From the NCBI RefSeq assembly GCF_009914755.1, contig NC_060939.1: a stretch of DNA of 64,000 nucleotides, one strand, 5' to 3'. The stretch comes from the human T2T-CHM13v2.0 reference genome, Homo sapiens. This document shows positions 1-12,619 of the stretch, in pieces. Every line of letters begins with the position of its first letter. Positions within the stretch are counted from its first letter, which is position 1. The notes under the pieces were generated by a model. The model ran no database searches. It saw nothing but the letters and a program-made list of their open reading frames with translations, and was not told where the DNA came from. The position numbers and the translations under genes are program-made.

Positions 1-2723
1 TGCCACAGATATAGTTGTTAAAGCTGCTGCCTACTTTGGTATGTATTTTTAATGAATTCTCTTTACATGTCTCTTTGAGCTTTTTCTAAATTGCTGCTGT
101 TAGCTAATTCTTCTCACCTGTGAAAGTTAGCTATAGACAGGTTTTTCCTTGCTTTAGATAGTCAATAATTTGATCTTTACTCATGGTGGGCCCATTTATC
201 ACAGTAAGTTGTCCTTTTACTATACATATTGACTTTTATTTATCAATACCAAAGTCCATTTGTAGCTCATCACTAAAGTTCTTGGATATTTTCAGTAGTT
301 TTTGAAGGTGCATTTCAGAGCTTGGCAGAGAGATACTTTTGACATCAATATAATGCAAATGGTTGCTAGACTTATCTTTAGCTTAAAATCAACTGCTTAT
401 TTCCTCTGTAATGGATTCTGAAATAGTCCACATTTGAAGGTAAGGGGCAAAAAAGGCAAACTCTTCTTGACAGTTCTGCCACTGAAAGATGTAAGGCTAT
501 TCCATTTACTCATCACATGCCTCAAAATATTGACGACTGAAGGGCCAGTGTTCTAAATATCTTTGCAATATCTTTGGTAGCTAGAGAAGAGAGGAATCTA
601 TGAACTTCGTATGGATGTGTTTCACTATGGTGCATTTAACTATTAGTGTAATTCTTCTAGATCCTAAAGAAATGAATTGTTTGGCCAAAGAGAAGATGAA
701 ACCAATAGTTTTTAAATCACATTCAAGAACACTGTAAGAGGAAATTCAGGAGATAGTATGAGGAAGACTCTATAGCAGGATTTGTTGTTAAAATTAGAAA
801 AGTGGTAGCAGGGCCATCGGTGATAATACTCCTCCACCTGCTCTGTTCTCTATTTTGGTTTCAGTCATTCTCTAAAAATTCCCTTCTTCCTTTTCTCCTC
901 ACTTGCAGAAAGATGGTATTAGCTGTTAAAGGGGGCTAGGCCTAGGCAGCGAACAACTCCCCCCAGAAACATTTCCACATCCCCAGCAAGAGAGTGGCCA
1001 CTGGAAAAAAGTCTCCATCCACGTCCACAAACAGTGGCTGGATCTTCCAAGCTAGGCAACTGCTGTTGGACAGATGGAGCCCATTGAAAAAACCCTATAA
1101 TTTACAGTGTGAATAAAATCTGCAGTCCTAAATAACATTTTCAATACAATAACTTATGAATGATTTAAAAATAGATCTCATTCGTCATCTGTATAGGCTT
1201 TTTGGAAGTAATGAGGATATTTATAGGAAAATCATTAATTAAAAGATAGAGCAGTTTGAAATATTGGGCAACTGAATAGAATAAACCACTGTAGTACCAG
1301 ACCAAAGCCAAACAAAAATCTTAATTACACATTAATCAGGGGCACAAAAATAATGTACAGGATGCAGAGGTCAGGAAAGACTAAAAGATAGCTCAGGCCT
1401 GTGAAATAAGCAGTGAAAAAGAACTCAAAGATTTGAATTCAAAGTTACTAGCTCAATATGGTAGCCAAGAGTTGAATGCCATCCTGCTTTATAATTCAGA
1501 TCTCTCTCCAATTTTAAAGAGTCACTATAAAATAAACTAAAAGATAGCATTCTAGAAGTATGGAAGTGAGAAAAGCTACATAAAATTCAGGTAGAAGAAA
1601 ATATTAATGCAATACTGGCAGATCTCAAAAGACTGCAAGATATTTTAAATCAGAGGGAGGCATAATCTATGAAAAGATGTTAAGTGGTAACACTAAATTT
1701 GTAAACAAAGATGATGTCATTTGAACAGACTCCAAATTCAGTTTACAAGTGGCATCTCTCTGGACAGATGTCTTATCAGGAAAACTTATCTGGCTAAAGA
1801 GCTGTGTACACATCACCCTTACTTTAAGAGTATCTATTCAGATAATCAAGTGCTAGGACTTCCTGATTATATTTGAATAGCAATAGTTACATATTGCATT
1901 AGACTTTAGGCTTACTTTGTCTTCAGTGTGAACTGGAAATTGGGGAAGAATCATGTAGAAATGCCCCCAATTAAATTAGGTATCTAACGCTTCTTTATAA
2001 CTAATAACTATTTTACAGACAAGTTTAGCAAGATGAGTTAAGGTTAGACTTATGTGTTTTGCCATCTTCCTGCAGTTGTAATCTAATATGGAATATTATT
2101 TTGTGGGTAGCATTTTCTAGAATGAATCGCTTTAAAGAGGATCTATTTTTCAACTAATAAAAAATGAATTTTCTGAAATGTTGTGAAGAGTAACTATTAT
2201 TTTTGTATTATTACCTAGATGTAGAGAATTTAAGTTATTATTTCATTTAAATACACACAGAGAGGATTAAATTATTGACTATTTAGGCTTAGGGGAAAAA
2301 TCTGTCTATAGCAAACTTCCACAGGTGAGAAGTATGGCTAGACCCCCAGCCAAGTTTGGGGAAGATAAATGAGAAAGAGGTATCAATTGCTTACGGAATC
2401 TGTTTAAACATTGCTGTATTCCTCTCAAATTGTTCTGTTATTCAGGACTTTGAGCAATGGGCTGCCTCAGTAAGGCTGATAAGCAAGCAGATACTGCACT
2501 TCCAGCCTAATGCAAGGCACAATAAAAACTTTTTAAAAATCAATGATTAATTTCACTTGCAGTTTTAAGGGAAAATCTCAAGGTCTAGTTAGGGTTTACA
2601 GCTCAAGCTTAATCAAAAATGTCCAAAAACTTCTTATTAATGCCAAAAGGAAGTCTGCATAAAGAAGGAAACCCTGTCTGACTTATTTTTGGATGGAAAA
2701 TAATATTCCACACTGTTTAGCCC

Positions 2724-2724
2724 A

Positions 2725-2761
<37 letters not shown>
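2724..2761. repeat. (AT)n microsatellite running into poly-T
   Basis: Directly visible ATATAT... followed by a T run. Confidence 0.95.
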
Positions 2762-2865
2762 AAAGAATATAAAAAATTTCATTAAAGAGGTGAACTTATG
2801 AGTTCCCAGAGAGGGAATGTGTTGTATTGTTAAAAACAAAAAACAAAACAAAACAAATCCTTAAA

Positions 2866-3004
2866 CAGGTTTCAATCTTACCTCTGCTCCTAATAGTGTA
2901 ACCTTGGGCATGCCGTTTCACTTCCCTAAACTCAGGTTCTTTCCTTTATAAAATGAGGGAGTTGAAGTACACAGCCTCTTTGATACCTTCCAGCTTTGAG
3001 ACTC
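2866..3004 (+). mobile_element. MIR-family SINE fragment (MIR3/MIRc-like)
   Basis: Degenerate core 'gtgtaaccttgggcatgccgtttcacttccctaaactcagg...ataaaatgagggagttg...ccttccagct'. Confidence 0.7.
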
Positions 3005-3733
3005 AAATATTCTGCCAGCTAAGAATCCAAGACCAACCAACTACTGAGTATACAATTGAACAGGATACTAAGAGGGTAAATGGCCACTACACTAGTGTTG
3101 GAACTAATGAGGACTTCTGAGGCCCTTTCTGAATTAAGGAAGATTGGCATTTTCCTAAAAGAGAAAGTGTTCCTTCTTGGTTTCAGTTTCTCAGCGATAA
3201 GGAGGTTCTCAATGATTGCTGAACGAATAGACAAGGTTATGGAGCAGTATGTGTTCCTGTGGACTCATACTCTCCTCAATCCAAAGGGAGAATCAGTATA
3301 CTCCCAACTCTTTCTATTCCTTTTATATGTAAGGATGGGGTCCATGAAGTCATTTTGTCTTACTCAAACCAGGCATGAAAGCCAACTCAAATCAAATTAT
3401 CTAAACTCTCAGAATCTGAAACAGATTATAAGGATATAGGATGGAGGGAGTATTACAAAGAGAAAACGTGTAGGTTGGGAAGTAGAAAAGGAGAGTAACA
3501 GGGAATGGTACAACTGCATTCCTTCCTCCTGCTACATTTCCTCGCTCCCAACCAGGTAATTCTAAGAGTTCCCACTGGGAGGTTTGCCTAGATTTCTTTA
3601 TGTTCTCCTTTGGAAAACCATTTTTTGTGGCAAGCAGTGTTCCAAGGAGACAGCTGGTGAGTAGATGGAGCAGACACTTAAAGGAAATTTCAATAATTTC
3701 CATGACTTTGGTCTCTGAATATTACTGAGTAAA

Positions 3734-3824
3734 TCTCTTCTTTACCAAATTGTAGATAAATATACAAAATAAGAAACATTACTTCTTATTTTGTATATTT
3801 ATCTACAATTTGGTAAAGAAGAGA
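3734..3824. repeat. Perfect 42-bp inverted repeat with 7-nt loop
   Basis: 3734-3775 is the exact reverse complement of 3783-3824; loop ACATTAC. Confidence 0.97.
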
Positions 3825-5631
3825 ATTTCTATATACAAGAAGTTAATTGGTCATATCAGTAAGCTGAATTCCAGTTTTTATACCATACAGATAATGAAGA
3901 AAAAGAGATTCAGAAACATCTGAAAGGATCTGTTCATCACTAAAAGAAGTATGGTGGTGAATGATTTCTAAGAATGTATAGAAACTAATTCGCACTCTTT
4001 ATGCAATTTAGTTTCTGCAAAGTCGTTTGTTTTCTTTTTAAGGACCAAATCCTATGGTAAATACAGAAATGTATTAATTTTACTTACTGTTCACAAGTTC
4101 AAGAAAATACTAAGTTGAAAGCAGGAATACATTCCAAAGAAGAAAATAAATAGATACCCACATATTGATAAATTGAAGAACAGTCAGTAAAGGGAAAATT
4201 CTAGGAAGAATTTATAGTAAACTTCCCAGCTTGTATTTGAAAATTTAGAAGGAGGCCAGGAAAACAAAAGACCCTTCAATCAAAAGAGCATCATGCTAGC
4301 ATTTGAGACTAGAGATAAACATGATTTATATATGAACTTAAGATAAGGATTCACATCACAGGGCAATTTAAACCAAGGAAAAGCACCAAAAAACATTCCC
4401 CTCTTGAATCAGTAGGAGAAAAAACTGTTAAATGGCACTAGCACTGGAATTTGTAAGAGCAGCAACCTTTCCACAGACTGAAGCTAAGACAACACCATCA
4501 GTGTGGGGAGAATAGTTGGCAGGCAGTCTCAAATTCCCAGCTGACAGCCATCTCCATCTCAAGGGAAAGCGTTTGTCTCAGATGGTTAGTCAAGTGTCAG
4601 AGCTCTTTCATCTCCCAGATAGGAAATGGAAAATAAGAAAATCACATTATCTAGACTACGTCTCCATTTTCTAGTTCTTTGTCAACATTAAGAAGGATGC
4701 AAGGAAGAACATGTCTGAGTTACCATATTTCGTATCATTAGGCTGAGTTACTCTGAATGTGACTTATTTTTATTTGAATGACATCAAAGTGGTATGTTAG
4801 CTACTTAAAAACATATTGAGATTGAACGAAAGACATGCTTGGATGCTAACAAGTATTTTACAACTATATGATAACGCAATCAGTAGTGAGTATCACTTTC
4901 TCACACCCCCACACCCTCCATATGCATTTACACAAGACATAGAAAGCATAGGTGGTCTGTTGGCATCAGCTGGTTCTTACTGTCACACATCTCAATGTAG
5001 GCACTCATTTAAAAGTATTAGTTTTATTGAGAGATAAATAACAGAAAGATGCCTTCTCAAATCCTCAAGCTGTCTCACTGCATAACACTGAGTATTTGGA
5101 CTAATATCTCCAAGAGATGGTTGCTGAAAATATGGAAGTGACCTTGATAAGTAGTAGAGTTTCATTTGATATTACATAAGCTACTGACATCTATAAATAA
5201 AGGATAGGAGAAACACACCTAAAGAAAGCCAAGTTTTAAAGAGCAAACATGCACGTGGATAAAGGGAAACTAGTAAATATAATCTAATGATACTTCCAGA
5301 AAGCTAGGTTCCATACAAAAGAGATGTTATCATATTGGAGAGCTAAGAAATAGGAAACAAAAGGTAAGAGATGAATAGATATTTCTAGATAAGACAGTTT
5401 CCTAGATTAGTGTAAAAATCTCTCTCTCAATATAGTTTTACACATTGTTTGGAAAAATGCATGGTAAATCTCTAAGACACTAAGGGTTCTTGAGTTGTGA
5501 AATGTTAGACCAATTAGATTAGTTATAGAAAACAATCGTAAGGCAGAATGAATGAGAATAAATGTTGCATACACATTTGAGTAAAGTTTGGGAAACATTT
5601 AGAGGAAACACAACCCAAAGTATATGTAATA

Positions 5632-6525
5632 CACTAATCGTTAGAGAAATGCAAATTAAACTACAATGAGACATCATCTCACTCTAGTCAAAATGGCTTT
5701 TAGACAAAAGACAGGCAATAATGAATGCTGTCAAGGATGTGGAGAAAGGAGAACCCTCATACACCGCTGGTGGGAATGTAAATTAGTACAGCTACCATGG
5801 AGAACAGTATGGAGGTTTCTCAAAAACTAAAAATAGAACTACCATATAATCCAGCAGTTCCACTGTGGGGTACATGTCCAAAACAAAGGAAATCAGTATG
5901 TCAAAGGGATATCTGTATTCCCATGTTTATTGTAGCACTATTCATGAAAGTCAAGATGTGGAATCAACCCAACTGTTCATCAGTGGATGAATAGATAAAG
6001 AAAATCTGGTACTATACAAAATGGAATATTATTCAGTCATAAAAAGAATGAACTTCTGTCATTTGCAACCATATGAATGGAACTGGAGGGACATTATGTT
6101 AAGTGAAATAAGTCAGGTACAGAAAAACAAATATCACATGTTCTCACTAATATATGACAGCTAAGAAAATATTGAACTCTTAGAGATAGAGAGTAGAATG
6201 ATGGTAACTAAAAGAAGGTTAGTGGGAAGCGGGGGATAAGAAGGGATGGTTAATGAGTACAAAAATACAGTAAGATAGAAGGAATAAGATCTAGTGTTTG
6301 GTAGACTATAGTTAACAATAACTTATTGTACATTTCAAAATAACAAAAAGAGTGGAATTGGAATGTTCCTAACACAAAGAAATAATAAGTGGGTGAAGTG
6401 ATGGAAACCCAGTTACCCTGATTTCATCATTATACATGTATACGTACGTCAAAATATCACATGTAACCCAAAAATATGTATAAGTAGTATGTATTCATAA
6501 TAATTACAAATAAAAAATTTAAAAT
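5632..6525 (+). mobile_element. 5'-truncated L1MA (about L1MA2-4) 3' end
   Basis: ORF 5797-5994 resembles the ORF2p C-terminus (LKIELPYNPAVPL...MFIVALF...WNQP); L1MA-type 3'UTR and A-rich tail; 20-bp TSD 5612-5631 / 6526-6545 (18/20). Confidence 0.9.
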
Positions 6526-6999
6526 AACCCTAAGTATACGTAATAAGAACATGGCACTGAGCTATCATTTGTTATGACTCAAGGACATTGTGTCAATGTA
6601 AAAATGTAGGCAAATGGCTAACAGAAGGCTGGTGCTTTCGGAAGGAGACGAGCAACACAATCAACCAACCACAAGGAAACCAAGTAAGCCCATGAGGACT
6701 CCACACTTGGAACACTGTGTGTGTCTCCAGTTACTGTTGCCCATGCAGAAGACAATGGAATTGAAGAGGCCATCCAAAGGTCTGGGAGGAAGTAATGGGG
6801 AGGAGAGTTTATTTATATAAGAGTATCTCAAGAAGAGATTAAGAAGACAAAGACGCTAGTCTGAAAGTAAATCTGAAGAAAAGTATATTTGTAAAATTGC
6901 TAAAAAGTTATATATACCTATGACTGTCATTTTCTCATTTCCCATTCCTTCAACCCATTAAGATGATTATACCCTCCTTCTGTTTGACATTACCAGAAT

Positions 7000-7560
7000 C
7001 ACTCCTCTATTTTAATTATCCAATAATAGGTATCTTTCCCTCCAGCCATTCTTTAAATTAAGACAAGTCATACCCCTAAAACCAAGGTCTGATCATGTAT
7101 TTCCTAAGTAGAAAACCCACAAGGACCTTTGTTCACTCAGCAATGAAAGATTCTGGAGCCATGGATTTCACAGCCTTTTGCAATATAATCTCAACTCGCA
7201 TTTAGCGATTTCTCACTAGATGCTACCCCTCTCTTTATCCTTCCAATCTCAGCCTCTGATATCATCACTATAGTTAGAGGAGACTGCTCACTGTCCCCTG
7301 GATATGCCATTTATTTACTGCATTTGTGCCTCCGCACAGATGCCCAGTTTGAGATATCCCCTCTAACATCAATCTTCAAATCTCTGCTATCTCAAATACT
7401 TTTTATTGAAGACTTAGCTGAAATTTCACCTTTCTGTGAAATCTTCATCAATCTGTCAGTTAACATTATTTTTTCTCCTCTTTCCTGTATTCCTTAGCAC
7501 TTTATTTGGCCTGTGTTATACTTAAAATCCCATTCTTTGGGTCTCATTTCTGACTACCCC
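7000..7560 (+). mobile_element. Degraded L2 fragment
   Basis: 'tctgatcatgt' motif and pyrimidine-rich L2 3'-region-like sequence. Confidence 0.45.
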
Positions 7561-8061
7561 ACTGGGGTAGGGAAGCAAGACATTTTAGACACATTTTGAG
7601 ACTTTGAGGCTGATGTTATGAGGATAACTTTGCCTCTCTACAATGGAACCTCTGGTGCTGAAATCAGAAGACTGAGCTAGAAAAATCAGAGGCCTGACCC
7701 AGTGTGTCAGTTTCTGTCATCTTTAGCTTATCTCAGACACCAGGAAATTTATAGATTATATGTTTGCTCCACTAATATGATGAGTCTAATGCTCATGGGA
7801 CAGCTAACTTCCAGGTAGTGATGACTGAAGAAGTCTACTTTATTTGCACTGAATGTTTATGTAGCATTGGGTGGATCATATTATGCAATATCTCTAGGCC
7901 AAAGCATCATTTTCCCAACACTCACTTTCCTAACCTTTAGATAACTTTATAAAATAATATGAGTCATGCGTTGCAAAAGATTACACCTTCTCCCTACAAC
8001 AGAAGGGGAAATTCACTGATTTCCACTCCCTTTTCCTTATTCTCATAAATCATAAACTTAA

Positions 8062-8217
<156 letters not shown>

Positions 8218-11061
8218 TAACATCCACAGACACACTCTATATACTGAAATGTATCTTATATATAAAATGTGTCTCCATGGACCCTATAATGGTGGTACTC
8301 TCACGTAAAGTACTCAAAAGCTGTATTATGGATACATGAGTCTAGGCAGGGTAACCAGAAGTAGAAAATAAATTAATTTTGTTGAATATTTAAATAATTG
8401 TTGTTTTGCCCAAGTTCCTATTACACGACAGATTTCTGTTTCTTCTTATGAAAGGTAAAATACTTCCCTGGGGCTACGGGAGGAAATGCTTGAAAAAATT
8501 TCACCAAATATAAGGCCTAGATTATACTAGTTCTATTTTATACATTTTTATTCTATGTTCAGCCATCTCACTGATATTTCATTCCACAGAGAGGGAGGTG
8601 ATAAAATATTTTTTTAAGGTAATAAAGGAAAAAGGAAATAAAGAGGATTTGTCATAATTTAACTAGATAAAAATAATTCTTGTGATCTTAATGTAAGAAT
8701 AGACTATGATCTCTAAAAGAATACTGAATTATGGAAACATGATTTTTACATAATAGAACCATTTACACATAGAATTTAATCCTACTAAACAATAATTCTT
8801 AAGGCTCTATTGGCTTATATACATTTTTGTCTCTAAATCCTTTCCAGGGCACCGTTAAGTTATTTTAAAATATTTCCTCATTGTATTGCCATGGAAGAGA
8901 TTCTCCCTTACCTCTTCTCATGACCAAAATTCTATTTCCCATGCTGGGTATCGACAGGGAACCATGATCATCAACCTTTGCAGAGAACTTCTCTTCATGA
9001 GTTTAAGATCACAGAGATTTATTTGCAAAAACAAATAGGGAGAGAGATTCGGCTTAAAATTTTTTGCCAGATTATGGCCATTATTTAGTCTTAAAACCCT
9101 AAAGGTCTTAGATAGGAGGGTCAAACCTAGTACAGCACTGTTGGAGCCTGCAAATGGCAGCTGAACCTGGGAGGAACCAGTTATTTCCAGGGCATTTCTC
9201 TCCTATTTCCCACAGTAAAAAAGTTGTCCAATTTAGAGGCATTTGGTATAGCTAGAGTAAGGAGGTAAACAAACATGCTTTAGAATTCCATTTCATTGAC
9301 AAATCTGAAACACAGATCAAATTGGCCTTATTCCAAGACTAAACAGCCCCCCAAATCATCTCATTTTGTACAGCAGAATCTCAGAGCTTCCAACCCACCT
9401 ATGGCACAAGATCCTGGCCTCCAGTCAGCCAGCTAGTTATCCATGGAAGTGGCTCAAGGCTGACACTCAGATTGACTGGTTCACACTAATTTACTTCACA
9501 CAGATTCCATTTATCTCCTAGAAGATCCCCTGGCAGCAGCTTATAATGGCATATCCTAGGATGCCTGCCTGCATGCGTGTTTAAAGCAACAGCGCTTGAT
9601 GAATCTGAGTCCAGAAAACAGTTCACAGATTGAGGAGTAGGTGCAATCAGAAAACATCAAGAGGCACAGCTGGGACTTGGTGGCTTGCTTGACTGGTCAG
9701 AGCAGCTGAGCATTAAGCGTGTCTGCTTTTCTGCTGGCTGCTCACCATCACCAGGACAAATCAGAGAGCCACCCCCTTTTTCCTTTACCAGTCACCCTCC
9801 AAAGGAAAAGAGAAAAGAAAGTATGTCACCATCCCAGTAGCGTGTGCAGCTGTAGAGAAAGCTAATTTGATCATTTACCTTTACTTCTTAAATACTTCGA
9901 TATTATTCTCAGTAGAACTACAGCTGGTAGTTCTAAGGTTAAGTTGTTGAATGGTTGGATTGGCAAGATGTAGTTAGAAAAAGTGGAAGAGAACTTCAAC
10001 TTATTTTTTTTACTTTCAACAATGAGTCCCAAAGAGCTGTCTGAAACGCTATGATCATGGGGCTCATCGGTCGACCTCCAAAGAAAGGAAGGGTGCCTTT
10101 CTGGTTACTCTCCTACATCTATAAGAGAGCTTGGGGAAATATACAAAAAAGCTGGATATTTATCTAATGAGTAAATGGGTGGATGAATGTATGAACAAAC
10201 AAGTCACTGTTCTCCAGCTGACGTTTTAGAAGTGTGGTGAACCATTGCACAGTAACATGGTCAGCCTCCAAAGGTGGAGAGAATTGAGATCTTTTAACGG
10301 CATTGAAGCTAAAAGTTTTAAACAATGACAATTCACTGAGAAATGTACCAAAGCAGTGACATAGCACATTTAGTACTTATAAGGTTAAACACTGGGCTGC
10401 AGTAGCTGCTTGACCGTAAAAAGTAGGATTAAGGCTTTTGCATGAGCCTTGACATGATCCTGTTGTCTGTCTGCTGCCTTAAGCTTTGAAAAACAGCTGG
10501 GATCATCTTCTTATAAGCTCCAGCTCAAAGATGTTTAAGCAGTCCCCAATCCAATTAAACAGAGGTAAATAGAAGGAAGATTTGTACTGAGCACCATCAT
10601 CACCTTTTTTCTTAATGAAAAACAGTGTAATTGCGGGTTACACAGCTCCTTAATCTCACATTAAATCTAATAGATTGCTGACTTATACTGAGCATGACAG
10701 TCCCAGCTTTCTATATTGGTGTGCTTAATTTTAGGTCATTATCCTTTATTATGTGACTTGTAATCCTTAAAGCCCATGATTGTGTCTGGATATTTGGCAA
10801 GGATTGTATTTGGTAATACAAGGATTCTGCTTCTAAGAGTGATGGTTTAATTGAATGACATTGTATAATTATTAGATGTTCAGAGAATTACATATATTTC
10901 TTTCCTTTTTTAATTGGCTGGTTTCTTATAAGTGTTTCCTTCAACAAACATTGTTCAAGATTATTATTGAGTTTTAGGGGCTCTTCTGAAAAGGACAGCT
11001 TTCACAAATGAAAGACAAGTAGTTTATTGATATGGAAATGTATCTAAATGCTATTAAAATG

Positions 11062-11281
11062 CCCAGTTCAAATACAATCCTGGCTCATCTACAAACTGGG
11101 AAACCTTGGTCATGTTACTTTACCTTTCTGTCTCTGTTTCTTCATTTATAAAATAGCAATAGTGATGGTGCCTACCAGGGGCAAGAAACTGTTGTTACAA
11201 TTATATGAGTTAAAACATGTAAAGTGCTCAGCCTAATGGCTCAAATGTAGACAGTCTAAGTAAATTCAGTATTATTATTAT
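11062..11281 (+). mobile_element. MIR SINE
   Basis: Core 'accttggtcatgttactttacctttctgtctctgtttcttcatttataaaat', 3' 'catgtaaagtgctcag' and (ATT)n tail. Confidence 0.8.
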
Positions 11282-12307
11282 TTGTATATCTGTCTTTGTC
11301 TAGAAATATGCATAAATGTAAATAAGATGTCCAGCCTTAAGGTCAAGACATTTTATTTTATTTTACTAGCAATGTAGTAATATCTAAAATTTCTCTAACC
11401 TAGTAATAGAAGAAATATTTTAAATAGCTATATTATCTTGATCTTCATTGAAGACTGTAGAAATCTACAAGTTATTGTTAGTGGCCCCCTTTTATTTTAC
11501 CAGTTTAAAGAGGCATGTCCATTTGTATCTATTAACTAAATAAAAACCTGTCCAAAGTCATCTGTAATTCTTTTTTCTTATCAAGAGTGCTGAATATGGA
11601 AGGAAGTAAAAGTGATTTCTGACAATGCTGACCAGATAACATAGAACCTCATTGGAAAGTTATTCTAAATAGCTTTTTTAATTTTTTGCTGATAAATTAA
11701 ATAAAAATTAAATGGAATGGAAATGATGATATGGTGATATACTTTACATATATATTAGCCTTTTAGAGAACTGATTTGGGTTTGGAAATTTAAATTATTG
11801 TATGTGCACAATCAAATTTCAGCTTATGGATATGATTAGATCATAACATTTTAAATGAGCAACTATAATCTTTTATATTTCAAAGTAAGAACAGGTCTTG
11901 CACCATCACTTGTGCATGGTTCTTGATTGCTGCTTTTTTCCTGGTTTCCATTCACACATTAAGATTTAAGAAATGCTAGTATTGAAACTGAAAGTCTAAT
12001 GAAGCTCAGCTCCGTCAATGGCAAACACATTAGTGGAGGAGGTCATTTGACGGTGTATACATCTAACACACAGAAATAGTGGTTTACTTGTTATTAACAT
12101 TCTTCTTTTTCATTTCTAGGGTGGAAAGCACCATAAAACCTCATATAAAATAACATCAAAAAATTCTCTTTTTCTTGAACACCAGGTTAACATTGGGTGA
12201 TGCGGAATGCATTATTATATCCATTTTAGTTAATTTTAAAGGTGAAAAAATAGACTTATTTTGGTTTATTATAAAAAGTTTTTTGCTGTGTTTTTATCTT
12301 GTTTGAC

Positions 12308-12457
12308 CCAATATTTATACTGCTACCCGCCCTGGCTCACCCACCCCTAGACACACAGCAGATCACAGAATGAATCAGATCACTGCATGGTTCTGATCCT
12401 TCTATAAAAGCAGCTGAAATAACTGGATCAGAGATTTCATGACTGGTCTCAGTAAGT
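12308..12457 (+). promoter_or_regulatory. Candidate TATA promoter with short first exon
   Basis: CCAAT 12308, CCCGCCC 12326, CACCCACCCC 12338, TATAAAAG 12403, GTAAGT donor 12452; motif evidence only. Confidence 0.3.
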
Positions 12458-12619
12458 ACATTTAGATATAAGTAGTGCCTTGCTTTTGGTCTTTACAACA
12501 CATACTCCATGAAACTCATTAATTTGAACTTATAGATAATAGCAATATTCTATATTTGAGCAAATTTCAAAATAGTGATAGAAAAATAAGTGGGTCAAGT
12601 TACTCATAAGGGAAAAAAA

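Noticed and set aside
3080-3439. 119-aa ORF
   Set aside because: No recognisable domain or splice context; length is compatible with chance in 64 kb.
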